A stretch of 64,000 bases of DNA. Source: Octopus bimaculoides (lineage: Eukaryota). How positions within the stretch are numbered: position 1 is the stretch's first letter; every line of letters begins with the position of its first letter. The stretch spans positions 72,327,378 through 72,391,377 of the forward strand of contig NC_068981.1 of assembly GCF_001194135.2 (NCBI RefSeq), read 5' to 3'. Shown here one piece after another: positions 52,641 through 64,000 of this stretch. The position numbers and the translations under genes are program-made. Under the pieces are notes generated by a model, which saw only the letters and a list, made by a program, of their open reading frames with translations, had not been told where the DNA came from and did no database searches.

Positions 52641-54227
52641 GCATCAGGGCATTATTATTGTTGTTATTATAATTATTATTGTTATTATTCTGCTTGTCAC
52701 TCCATAACTTAGCCCGTCCGTAACGCTGCCACGTGATTAGTTAAAGGGGAGGAGAAGAACGGGAGGGGATGGAGATAGGTGGAAAGGGACAGAAGAGATA
52801 TGGGAAGTGAGATAGGGGAGACGTGGTGGTGAGTGAAATGTGTAACATTTTTTTAACTAAGTATTTTTTCTCTGTTGCTTCGCCCGTCTATAACGCTTTC
52901 ACGTGATTAGTTGAAGGGAAAGGCGAAGAGCGAAAGAAAAAGGAAAAAAGAGGGTAAAACGAAGAATGAGAGAGAAAGAGAGAGAGAGTGTTTTGTATAA
53001 AGTCTATAAACTTGTACATAAAGTATATAAAGTGCATATACAAAGGGCATTAAATAATCATAGTATTCCAGTGTTTTTCACTTTTCAATGATTCGCAGAT
53101 GAGCAACTATCTTTTGATACAGATACAATACAGGCTAAGCTTTCAGGTGTTTTGGATAATGTTTTCAGAAATAACCCAATAAGTTTATCATTAATTCTGT
53201 GAAATATTCACGCTAGTTATTATTATTGTTTATGTTGTTTTGTTCCCGTGGATGCATTTATTTTTCAGAGTTCTGCACAGAATGTCATTTCCTCTAGGAA
53301 TACTTGTCGAAAATATTTTTTTGTTCGTTTCATCAACGAGATCGCTTGCAATATTTGAATATTCATTCCATTTCCCTGGGGTAGAAAAAGAGGTTCGTCC
53401 AAAGTTTTATATCTTTTATTTTTAATATATATATATTTCTATTATTTGTCATTTGTAGACTTTACTCTAGTTATAAAATGGTTAATTCAGAAATAACTTA
53501 CAGAGAGGTTCGCCAAAGTGGTGGTAGCAGTAGCCTAAACGACCTAAACAAACACATTTCCCAATTTGTTAGTGTTTTCAAACATGAAAATAGACTTATG
53601 GAAATTAAATAAACTGACAGAGCTTTAAGTATAAGCACATCAGTTGCACAATGGAAAACACACACACAAAAAATAATAGTTTTGAAGACATTTAAGCGGA
53701 AATAAACAATATATCACCACCACCACCACCGAAAAAACAAACAAAAAACAACGACAGTAGTTGTAGCAGCGACATCCTTAGCAACAACTGTGTCATTAGG
53801 AGCACCTCGACATGAACCAACTGAAGTTGATAGGGAGGAGACATGTCGAGGCAGCTCAACATTGGCAGAATTTACCCAGGAAAAGCAAGGAGGAGAATGA
53901 AGGTTACCTTCTCGAGTCGTGGCGACTCATAAGGGCAAGTTTCCCGGTTTCTATGGCTAGTATTAATTCCCCACCTGGACGGGATGCGGGTCTGTCGCAG
54001 GATTGCTCATTTTTGCCAGCTGAGTGGACTGGAGCAACGCGAAATGAAATGTTTTGTTGAAGGACACAACGTGACGCCCGGTATATGGAATCGAAACCAC
54101 AATCTTACGATCATGTGTCCAACACCCTAACCTCTATGCTCCGTGCCTCCACAAGGAGGAGAATGGTGATATACTTGTTCCCAAAGAACATGTAGCGTTT
54201 CAATATGCCCTCGAAAATAAGATGGAA

Positions 54228-54267
<40 letters not shown>

Positions 54268-56299
54268 CAGGATGTATGCTCCTTCGAATGAGGCAGGGTA
54301 TGTATAAGTGTCATTGTGGTCGTTAAGATCAAGATGATAAGCAGAGTTGGTACTCTAAACGCCTTCTTGTAGGCTGGTGCCATAGCAGAAACGTTCAAAG
54401 AATGCGAGGATTATTGGCTCATAGTTGCTGCTAATGCTTTCACTTCTCCCGTGCGTTTAATTTTTGGATAACTTATTTCAATTATTGTGTTTTATCGTAC
54501 TATTTTCATTTATTTCGTGATTTATAATTTTTTTAAAAATACGTTTCAGTTATATAAGGTGGTGAGCTGGCAGAATCGTTAACATGCCGGGCAAAATGCT
54601 TAGCAGCATTTCGTCCGTCTTTACATTCTGAGCTCAAATGCGGCCGAGGTCGACTTTGCCTTTCATCCTTTTGGGGTCGATAAAATAAGTACTAATTGAG
54701 CACTGGGGGTCGATGTAATCGACTTAAATCCTCCCCCCACGAAATTGTGCCAAAATTTGAAATCAATACGTTCAATTATGAATTCTATAACTTCTTCCAC
54801 CCCCTCCTGCTTTGTATAACTGACCCACAATCCCTCATAAATGATGAGTTGTCACGTTTGTAGAACTACTGACCGCCTCAGAACGTTCTGCCCACAAACA
54901 AGAAAGAAGAAGCTCATTGCTGCCGACAGCATTGTTGCAACAACAATAATGTTCAACTACAGAAGTAGCAGCAACGTTTGCAGCAAGGAATAAAAGAATT
55001 TACAGTAACAACAACAGCAAAAATGATAACCTTGACAATCGCAGCAAAAACTATGGAAATAACAGCGAAGTACCAACAGCATTAATATAAAATTCATCTG
55101 CGCTAGCAACTGAGGAGGCAAAATTTACTATAGCGAAGTAATCGTCAACTAGGGTATATATCAACCCAGCACTTTCTTCTCCCTCCCCCTATTCAGGCCC
55201 ATCTTACATGCACAAAAATAGATATACATACACAAGAAGATGCGCCCTTGTTACCAAATCCGAGTCTCCCGACAACACTTCTGGTGACGAGGAAAGAGAC
55301 GAAGAAAAGCAAAATAACTGAAAAGATAATAAAAGAGAACACAACACAAAGCAACACCAATTTCACATCGACCCCAAACAAAACTAAATCCACAACAATA
55401 AGTACATCATTACAGTCACTACCTCCACTAGTAACAACGAAACAAAAACTCACAAGTGAAGTAAACGAACAAAAGAGAAAAACCAGAAGGAAAACACCAG
55501 GATAAAACACCACCTACAAAATACTCAACTCCATTCACAACAACAACAAGAAATTGTACTCTCGTCGAACTTTGTGCCAGTAAGAAGAAAAAGAATAAAG
55601 AATTATAATACAAACTGGGGATAAAGACAGAGGTAAAAGCTTTCAATAAAAGCACAGTGAAAGTTCCAGAGGACCTGAAATTGGTAAGGCTGCCGATAGT
55701 TAGATAGATAGATAGATAGAAATAAAGAAATTAAATGAGAAAAAATTACCTACATGACGCTGGCAACACCAGCGTTACGACCGCAAACAGATTACTTCTG
55801 AGTTTACTCAAGGAACGTCACACAGAGAAAAGCATTAAGAATATCAGGGCACGTGATGAATGGCAACGTAAATTGCTTTCCAGAATGTAGTTATGTCACA
55901 TTATGTTCTGAGTTCAAACCTTGTCAAGAATGAATTTCCTTCCCCACTTCTAGGTTGATAACATATGTATTACTCAAGTATTTGAGTAGATTTTATCGAT
56001 TATATCATTCCTCCACCAAAACTTGCAATTTTGGACCATTGCTAAAAAGAGAGAAATTAATTAAATTTCTTTAATATCGAATTCTATAAATTGTAGTATC
56101 ATACAGATCATAGAGTCAATTTGTCAATTCAGTTCCTTCAAGCTAAAATTCAAATTATGCGACACATCACACAAACTCACTATAATTATATGCAGATTTA
56201 GGCAGAATATTTTATGTATGTATTTCCAATCAAATTATCAGATGCTACATCAAAATATAACATTCAATTAAATGTAAGTACACTGATCTGGCTTTTTTT

Positions 56300-57100
56300 T
56301 TTGTCTTTTTTGGCAAATCTTCTAACGTGTGGCTGATTATGAGTATGTGCTGAATTTACAGCAATGCTTATAATAAATTTCAATTTTTTTCTAATATTTC
56401 ATAACAAATTGTTTGATATTAAGAAGTGTTTTCCTCCTCAAAGAAATCATATTGTAGTGGTATAAATTTTTCAGAGTTGGTTGCCTCATTGGTTTCAATA
56501 ATTTTCCTATTATGCTATGCAAAATACATGGTCCTATCAAAAGTTTTGACAGTACAGTTGGTTATCATAGAATTTTGAAGTAACAACAAGATTTTATTTA
56601 TCTATATTCTGATTGAATCGTCTGAATGTAGAAATATATGGCCATGAGCTGACATTTTGTGGCAAATCTGAAATCTATCGTGATTGTACTGCAACGAAAT
56701 TTTAACTGTTTGACATATCAATGAATTGGCATTTGATTCACGTTAAGTAAAAGAATATTGGAGATGATTAGCCTAGATATGAGATCTTGTGGTGTTGAGA
56801 TTGCAGTGTCAAAAAAAAACAAACAAACGGATTCTAAATTCCGGTATATCAGTCCCTTAGATCAACCATTTGTCTTAAGTTATCTAGGCCTGGATGTAGT
56901 GCACTGAAAATATTATTGCATGAATTTGCAATTTCATTTATCACATAGGAACCCAACAATATTATACCACTTCCCTTGCAATTACTTGTTTATGAAGGCT
57001 TCTTTGTGTATACATATTATTGTAGCACTAACTAGTCATTATCTAACATTGTGAATACAGTTATTGCACAGCTTTTTCATCCATGTTTCTTGCACAGCTA
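56300..57100 (-). mobile_element. Decayed hAT (Charlie/Buster-like) transposase
   Basis: After frameshifts the sequence reads VAVQ..*ISD..KCQLMAIY, resembling FALQLDESTDVANCAQLMAFV. Confidence 0.35.
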
Positions 57101-60100
57101 GTATCTAATTATATTAATAATACTAAAACTCTGTTGACTACCGATGATTATTTTGTGTTTTCTTCGGACGTCAACATTATTCTCTAAAAGAAATGTTTGT
57201 CTCCTTTTTGCTTGTCGACTTTAGTTTTTCCTACAGTACTCACTACTTTGTGTGAACAGGATAGCTTTATCTGGTGTAAGATGATTGCCCTCATTAATGA
57301 GTTCTCTGATCTAGCTGAGTTAGTTTAAAAACAATTCTGTCGTAAATTATTTTATACTACGGACATTAAAATGTAGAGTTTTGTCACGAACTGTTTAATA
57401 AACTAATGACCTTGCACTTTATTGTTGAATTTGTAACTTGAACGCAGGATGTGATCGAAATATACTTTGAATAATTTTTTTTTACTTCTTTAATTTATAT
57501 CCCAATTATTGAATACGTCTCATGTCTTTTCACAAGCCTAAGCAAGTAAAAGACAAACTTTATAAATTTTTCATTTACACTTGGTGTTCTAAAATTAATT
57601 AAACATGCTCTTGAAACTTATTATTTTTCTACCCGGTTAGCTGAGCTATTTGTGACACTCTGAAAGAGTCTTTGTGCATGGGTGCAAGGGCTACAAAGAT
57701 GTTCCAAAAGGATCCACTGCTGTTATTTTGTAATAGTTCTATATTTGGATCGATCTCTGTCCTTCCTATATAGGTGTAAGCACTGCATCTATATTGGCTT
57801 GCGGATGATGGACGCAGAATGCAGTAATTTAATTTTCCTACATAAATTTTATAACTTACTTAAATTCCAATTTATAATATTGAAATTTAGTTTATAGTTA
57901 AGATGACTAGTGTATTTATACACGTTTCCAGCGCTCAGTTTATGATGATTAACAGAAGCGTCTGAGTGTCGGATAAAATGCCTCTACGTGTTTCGTTACG
58001 GTCTTTTACATCTAACAAATCATGCCTCAGTCAACTATACCTTTCAGTCTATCGTGAATCGATGGAAATAAAGAACCAGTCAAGTGCTGGGGTTGATATA
58101 ATCGAGTAACGCTTTACCCCAAATTTCTGGCCTTATGCCTTTACTAGAAATAATAATATTTATCAGGCATAGTGAGTAGGAGAATCGGTAGAGCGTCATA
58201 TATTTAGTTACTTTCATTAGCTTTCGAGTTTAATAAAAACTCACCTTTCTGTTAAGTATTGGGGTTGATTTACTTGATTCTTCTCTCTTATGTAATTTTT
58301 GGTACTGTGCCAGAGATCATTATTATTATTATTAAAAACTTATCATAAATCTCTCTCTAGGAAATTTTTTAAAAGGTTTCGCTGAACGACCGCACTTTCT
58401 TGGTAGGCCTTACAATTTAAACAAAATAAATAACGATTCTCACCCCCACACCATAGCTGGAATGTTGTATATGGTTGAAATTCCTAGGTTTTGATTCAAA
58501 CTAAAGCAGTTTTTTCGTTACTATCTCTGATACGTTTATGTGTCCTTATTTCATTCTATTTGAGGTAGTGTTCTCAAAATGTATATTTAGTTTACTATAT
58601 CGTTTTAGCGTTGGTTCACTCCTACATTGGATAAAAGTGCACCGGGTGAAAACATTTTCTCTATGTTTTCTATTCTTTGCTATAGTATCAAATGACAGAA
58701 CATAGGCATTTCCAACTGAAGATATGTTAAATTGTTTTTCGCCTACACTTTGATTCCGGCCTTGGCAGATTCTTACAACAATTTGAAATATAAACAACCT
58801 TTCCAAAGTATCTATAAATATCTCTTCCTGGTATTCGTTCTTTTTTCTCACTTCCTTCTACACGCATTTAGTTTATACGTACTCGCTACATCAGTTACAA
58901 ATGGATCATTTTAATCTATCTGAAACCCTAAAAGTTAATATTATGTTACTTGCTGAGGAGTTCGATTGTATGAGATCTTTTATAATCAAAATCTGGTATC
59001 TTCTATGATAAATTCTGCCTCGCTTATTTTTATGACAATAACTGACATTATCTTAATTATCATTTAAAAATTTTAAAGTTTCAAAATCGAATTTTCAGTT
59101 TGAAATTTAAACTTAGAAGTTTTCATAAAATGAGATCAGGAAGTGTTAAACTGAAATTATAATGCAAAAATAGATTCAAAATAATATTGAAATTTTAAAA
59201 CTATTTATTGCTTCAAGTTTCATTTTTTGTAAAGTGAATTTTAATTTGTTTCAATTTGATTTTCAGTTTGTGGTGTTCTTTTTCTTTTAATCTCAATTTG
59301 AACTGTATATTTATCAGAAAACATCTCAGTATTATCAATCTGTAATTTCAAACCGAAAATAATGTAAATAAAATACAATTTAAAAGTTTGAAATCAAAAT
59401 TCCAATCTTGTCTTCCATAAAGTGTATGATAAATAGATAGAAATAATATTATACGTGGAGAGAGGACTCCAGAGACCGCCATGTTGTTTCAATGAACACA
59501 AATGCTGTAAAATTCTGTAAAAATAGTTTCAATAATAATAAAAGGTAGAACTTTGGGAATCAAAATAAATAACGAACACTGGTTCGTGGAGATATGGTCC
59601 CTTAATGTAACATCGCATACGCACATACTCACTTATCGTGATTAGAAAATATGTTAATATGTTTATATATCATTCTATTTTATATGTTTAATATATTGTT
59701 TTATTTCCATACACACTCACTCACGCACTCAACAACATATTTGTTTAGATTTAAGTGGGCACATAAATGGGAATATCTAATTCCCTGTTTCTTATGCTTA
59801 TTACTTTTTCAATATTCCTCAGAATTTGTTCATCTCTTTTCTGATTAAATTTTGTCTTTCAGAGAGGTCTTCTATTCTTAGAAAATATATATGCATCATG
59901 ATTCTATGAGAATTTTTGAAGTCGTCTATATCATATTTTCCCTCTTTCAGCATTGTATTGTTTTCTCCTTCTCCTTTATCTTGCTGTCTTTTAACTACTT
60001 TTCTTTTTCTATTAATATTTCTTTTACGTATTCTAAAATATAATCTTTCATTTTGCTTTTGGAAATTCTTTCATTCTTTTTTTTTAATCTTAAAAGTGGT

Positions 60101-60734
60101 GAGATATCGCATAGTGACATTAAATATCATATTGTTCCTATATGCTTAAATTTAGGGAGTAGGCACCAAGTTTATTTAGGAAAGTTAACTGCTATGCGAG
60201 AATTTGATATTTAGTTGGGGATTTGTGCTTTGTTTGCTTAATGCTACAACTAACATCATGCGCCAGCCCTTATGCAAAAAGATAAGTCCCTACAATGGAG
60301 TAAACACCACCGCTCTTATATTAGATTAAACCGTAAGTTTTATGCCGGAATAAATTACTAGTTTTATGCTGTGGTGAATCATGGGACGTAAATTGGAGTT
60401 AGATATCAGTTTCATGCTGGAACTAAAAGCCAGTAATAGTGAGATCAAGCACTGGCCGTATACGATAATTTAGAAGTGGCCGTAAGCAGGAAAGCAGCAC
60501 CGGCATTTTAAAGCCATTCACTGATCCAAATGATTGTGAAGTACTAGTCCTATACTTGGGTCAGAAATTTTTCCATAGTAAAGTCGACTACAGATCGTAT
60601 ACCAGAGCCAAGAACTGGATTATGGCATCAGCCTTGTATGAGTGTTCTTTAACAAAGAAAAGAAAAAAAAAAAACTAAAACCCGAACGCCTTCCATTTCT
60701 TGTGTCGTGATTTATTTATATACACTTTTTTTTA

Positions 60735-60959
60735 GTTGTTTCTGTCATTTGGCTGCAGCCATGCTGGAACGCCGCCTTAAAGGGTTTTAGCCGAAGAAAT
60801 CGACCACAGGACTTATTCTTTGTAAGTCTAGCACTTATTCTATCGGTCGCTTTTGCTGAACCGTTAAGTTATGGAGATGTAAACACACCAACATCGGTTG
60901 TCAAGCGATGGTGGTGGGGATGAACACAGACACAAAGACAGACAAATATATACACACAC

Positions 60960-60996
<37 letters not shown>

Positions 60997-61488
60997 GGGA
61001 AAAAATAAGTTCATATAGAGAGCAATTCAAACTTTAGAGAGGTCCAAAAAGAGAGAAAGAATGATTTCCAATAAAGATTCATCATATGCATAAAAAACAA
61101 AGCAAGTAATAAGAATATGAAAATAGTGGTTGAAAAATATCGTTATAAATATAAATATACCATAAACAATTATGGAAAAATGAAGGAGAAAAAAATGTTG
61201 AATCAGCATTAGATTTAATACAAAATAGGATTCAATACATACGCGCATTTCAAAGGACAATACAAATATGTAAGAAAAAATTATATAACCATAGTAATTA
61301 TAATTAAGTTTATGCATTGTCACTTTTAACGACAGGCTTCTTTCAATTTGTCTACCAAATCCATTCACAAGGCTTTGACCGGCTCGAGGTTATAATAGAA
61401 GACACTTCCTCAAGGTGCCACGCAGTGGGACTAAACCCGGAACTATGTGGTTGGGAAGCAAGCTTCTTACCACGCAGTTACGCTTGTA
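60735..61488 (-). mobile_element. S2 SINE interrupted by a 333-bp foreign segment (60997-61329)
   Basis: The 3' and 5' halves are collinear with the 20594 copy; the insertion sits in the central (TA)n. Confidence 0.8.
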
Positions 61489-62215
61489 CATATATAATAT
61501 ATTAACTTTAAGTCTAACTGGTTTTCCATCTATCTATCATCTTTCCGATATGTTATGGTATTTTTCTATACGTAGGAATTACCTTCATATAAAATTAGGC
61601 TTGCATCTAGAGGAAATAGAGTAGTTTTACTAGTTAGTAAAGCGTTAGAGAAGCAGAACTGCTGAGCATTCACCTGAATACTCCACAATATTTAATATCA
61701 TTTTCTTAAGCTCAGGGGTTATATGCTCCCAGGGTCTATGTTGTGCGTGATTCATTTACTTTCTATACTGCATCCTCCATCGCTAATATTATTCCCTCAC
61801 CTTGCATTCGTCTTCTCCGTCTTGAATTCTTTTATTTCCCTCTATAAAGGGAAATACGAAGCCAAATGCACACACATATACACACATATATGCATATATG
61901 CACATGCGCGCGCGCAAAACACATATACACACACCAGGCTAGTGTCTAGCACCCAATAACTCAACTTATAGGCACATAGTTACTCTTTCGTCTTAGCTAA
62001 TGGTGCACACATATGCATTCCCAAACACAGACAAACAATATGCATGTGTGCGATGTGGATGTGTGTAACTGAATCAAATTGTTATTAAATAGTTATGTAC
62101 ACACACACTTTAATGTTTGTCAAGTTATATATAAAACAGTTTAACATAAAAAGACAGTTTAACATGAAAGTGAAGGATTACTTAATGTTTTTTAGCAGAG
62201 TATATGTTCATTAGA

Positions 62216-62255
<40 letters not shown>

Positions 62256-62259
<4 letters not shown>

Positions 62260-62760
62260 GTGTGACTTCGAAGTTTTCGTTTGCTAGTCTTCGATAGACT
62301 GTGCTTCACTTGGGTTCTGTTTGTCTCAATATATTCCTTGGCAACTTAACATTTTTGGATAGGTAGATCTATGTGAAACGATAATAAGGTGCAGTGATAA
62401 CTTGGTGTGGCGTTGGTAGATGGGGAGAATAGTTGTGCATGAAGACGAGACTGAGGATGAGAGGAAAGTACGTTTCTAGGGTGTAGGTTGATGGAAATTT
62501 GTTAGGAAATTTTATTTCGTTTGATGGAGTTTTTATTGACTAGACTTCAGTTAAGCGTGAAAGTAACTGTGTAACGAGGTTTGTCAGATTCATGTCAAGA
62601 CATTCTTTATATAAGCTGATTTTTGCCGTGTTTTTGAGGTTACGAAAGAATGTTTGTAGATAAATTAGTTGCTCACACTGCATATGTCAGACAGTTAAAT
62701 TGGTGTTGGTGTTATTAGATTTCTATTAAGAAATTTTAAACAGTTATTTTGGGGAGGTTA
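62256..62760 (-). mobile_element. Possible Penelope-like RT/GIY-YIG relic
   Basis: Only weak resemblance (gccaaggaatatattgagacaaacaga is like the GIY-YIG YIGET region). Confidence 0.25.
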
Positions 62761-64000
62761 AAATTTAAAGACAATGTTAGCATGAATATTTATTGGAGTT
62801 TTGTAGTCTGTTTCTAGCGGGCTTACTTGTATTTATATTATATTATTGTAGTGGAATGCATATACCTAATCCTAAAATGTTACTTCTATATCCAGATGAA
62901 TGCATAAAGTTGATGCATTTTTCCAGGGGTATATCCAACTATATGATGCATATGCATAAACAATATACAGATTAGTAGTACATAAATATAGCTATACAAA
63001 TGCATATCGACATCTATACATAGAAAATAATCAGAAATACAACCTTTACAGCGCTATGACCCCACTATACTCCATATTATTCTAAGAAATTGTAGTCTAT
63101 TCTTAGTCATTCTTCTACAACAACATGAATTTCTTCCACCTTCTTACTCTGTTAATATATATAAGAAAAATTATATTCATGTATCCTACTTGTCAAGAAA
63201 TTCTACATTTTGTGCAGCTGAAGATAGCACTGCATTTAAATTGATGTAATGATTGCATTGTTCAATTATATGGAACCGTTTGAAAAGGTGGTACTGCATT
63301 ACTACTTGATATCGAACCAATACGCAACTGGTACTTAATTCATCGACCCCGAAAGGATGAAAGACAAAGTCGACCTCGGCGGAATTTGAATTCAGAATGT
63401 AACGGCAGACGAAATACCGATTTCTTTATTACCCATAAAGGGCTACACAAAGAATTTTTAAGACACCACAAAACATAAAGACAGTACAAAATGCAAGCAT
63501 AAAATCGGGGTAATTAAAATATGATATGCAAAAATGAAAAAAATGAGGCGCAATGTCCACTCGATCCCCAAAGTCGGGTGGCTACATTTATCCAGTTTTT
63601 CACTTTTACGTTCAACGTCATGTAAACAATGTAACGGTTTTGTAACTCAAAAAATTGAAACACTCGCGTTACCTTTCTTCCATTAATCATTGTTACACCC
63701 GTCCTTAACAACTGCAAATAATCAGTTCTAGGGGGTGGTGTCTCCACCAACCATATCCGTTTCGTTATTATATTTTCACCAAGTTCTTTTATGCACTCGA
63801 AGCATCTTTCCTCACGTATCAAAATGCATTATTCAGCACATTTCTCTACCTCTCGACTTTTCTCTCCATTTGCTCGCAATTCTCGTACTTTATCAAAAGC
63901 CCTTTGTATTTCACATTTTTATCCGTTCTCTCCACCTCTTCTTGTACATTATTAGTTTCTGGCATTTTTATCTCGCTTTTGTTTTCTGTTGACTTATTTT

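Noticed and set aside
55193-55513. Overlapping 85-106 aa ORFs on both strands (mucin-like or hydrophobic)
   Set aside because: T-poor (or A-poor on the other strand) composition suppresses stops, and there is no homology evidence.
58546-58851. 101-aa minus-strand ORF
   Set aside because: GTG start, no recognisable motif and no convincing splice sites in that frame.
61027-61368. Hydrophobic ORF as a possible mitochondrial insertion or receptor fragment
   Set aside because: No recognisable mitochondrial or GPCR motif; hydrophobicity follows from T-rich composition, and the ORF starts inside the SINE.
1-64000. CRISPR arrays, operons or prokaryotic defence systems
   Set aside because: The sequence is eukaryotic with spliceosomal introns; I saw no regularly spaced repeat-spacer array.

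Overview
This is AT-rich, repeat-dense animal genomic DNA from a scaffold assembly with eight N gaps. The SINE and LINE families match those I recall from octopus, so a coleoid cephalopod origin is an inference. Two protein-coding genes are well supported and converge tail to tail. One is the last two coding exons of a FOXRED2 (ERFAD) orthologue on + (1602-1840, 7300-7601). The other is a complete three-coding-exon NUDT1/MTH1 on - (14019-13856, 10730-10585, 8860-8646; 174 aa), with probable non-coding 5' exons and a promoter near 24.6-25.0 kb. The rest is mostly tRNA-derived SINEs, microsatellites, MITEs and decayed transposons (RTE, Tx1, Jockey/CR1-like, CRE, R4/Dong, mariner, hAT, Helitron, possibly Sola and Penelope). 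I found no prokaryotic features or CRISPR arrays, and I cannot support a wholly new multi-gene system. The best leads are: a hammerhead-ribozyme-like motif in a tRNA-headed repeat (51.2 kb); a two-source templated insertion inside nested SINEs (34.2-35.4 kb); a one-residue insertion in the MTH1 Nudix box; loss of the ER-retrieval signal in FOXRED2; and CpG-decay patterns hinting at an unannotated transcription unit at 25-36 kb. All family assignments come from recalled motifs, not database searches.
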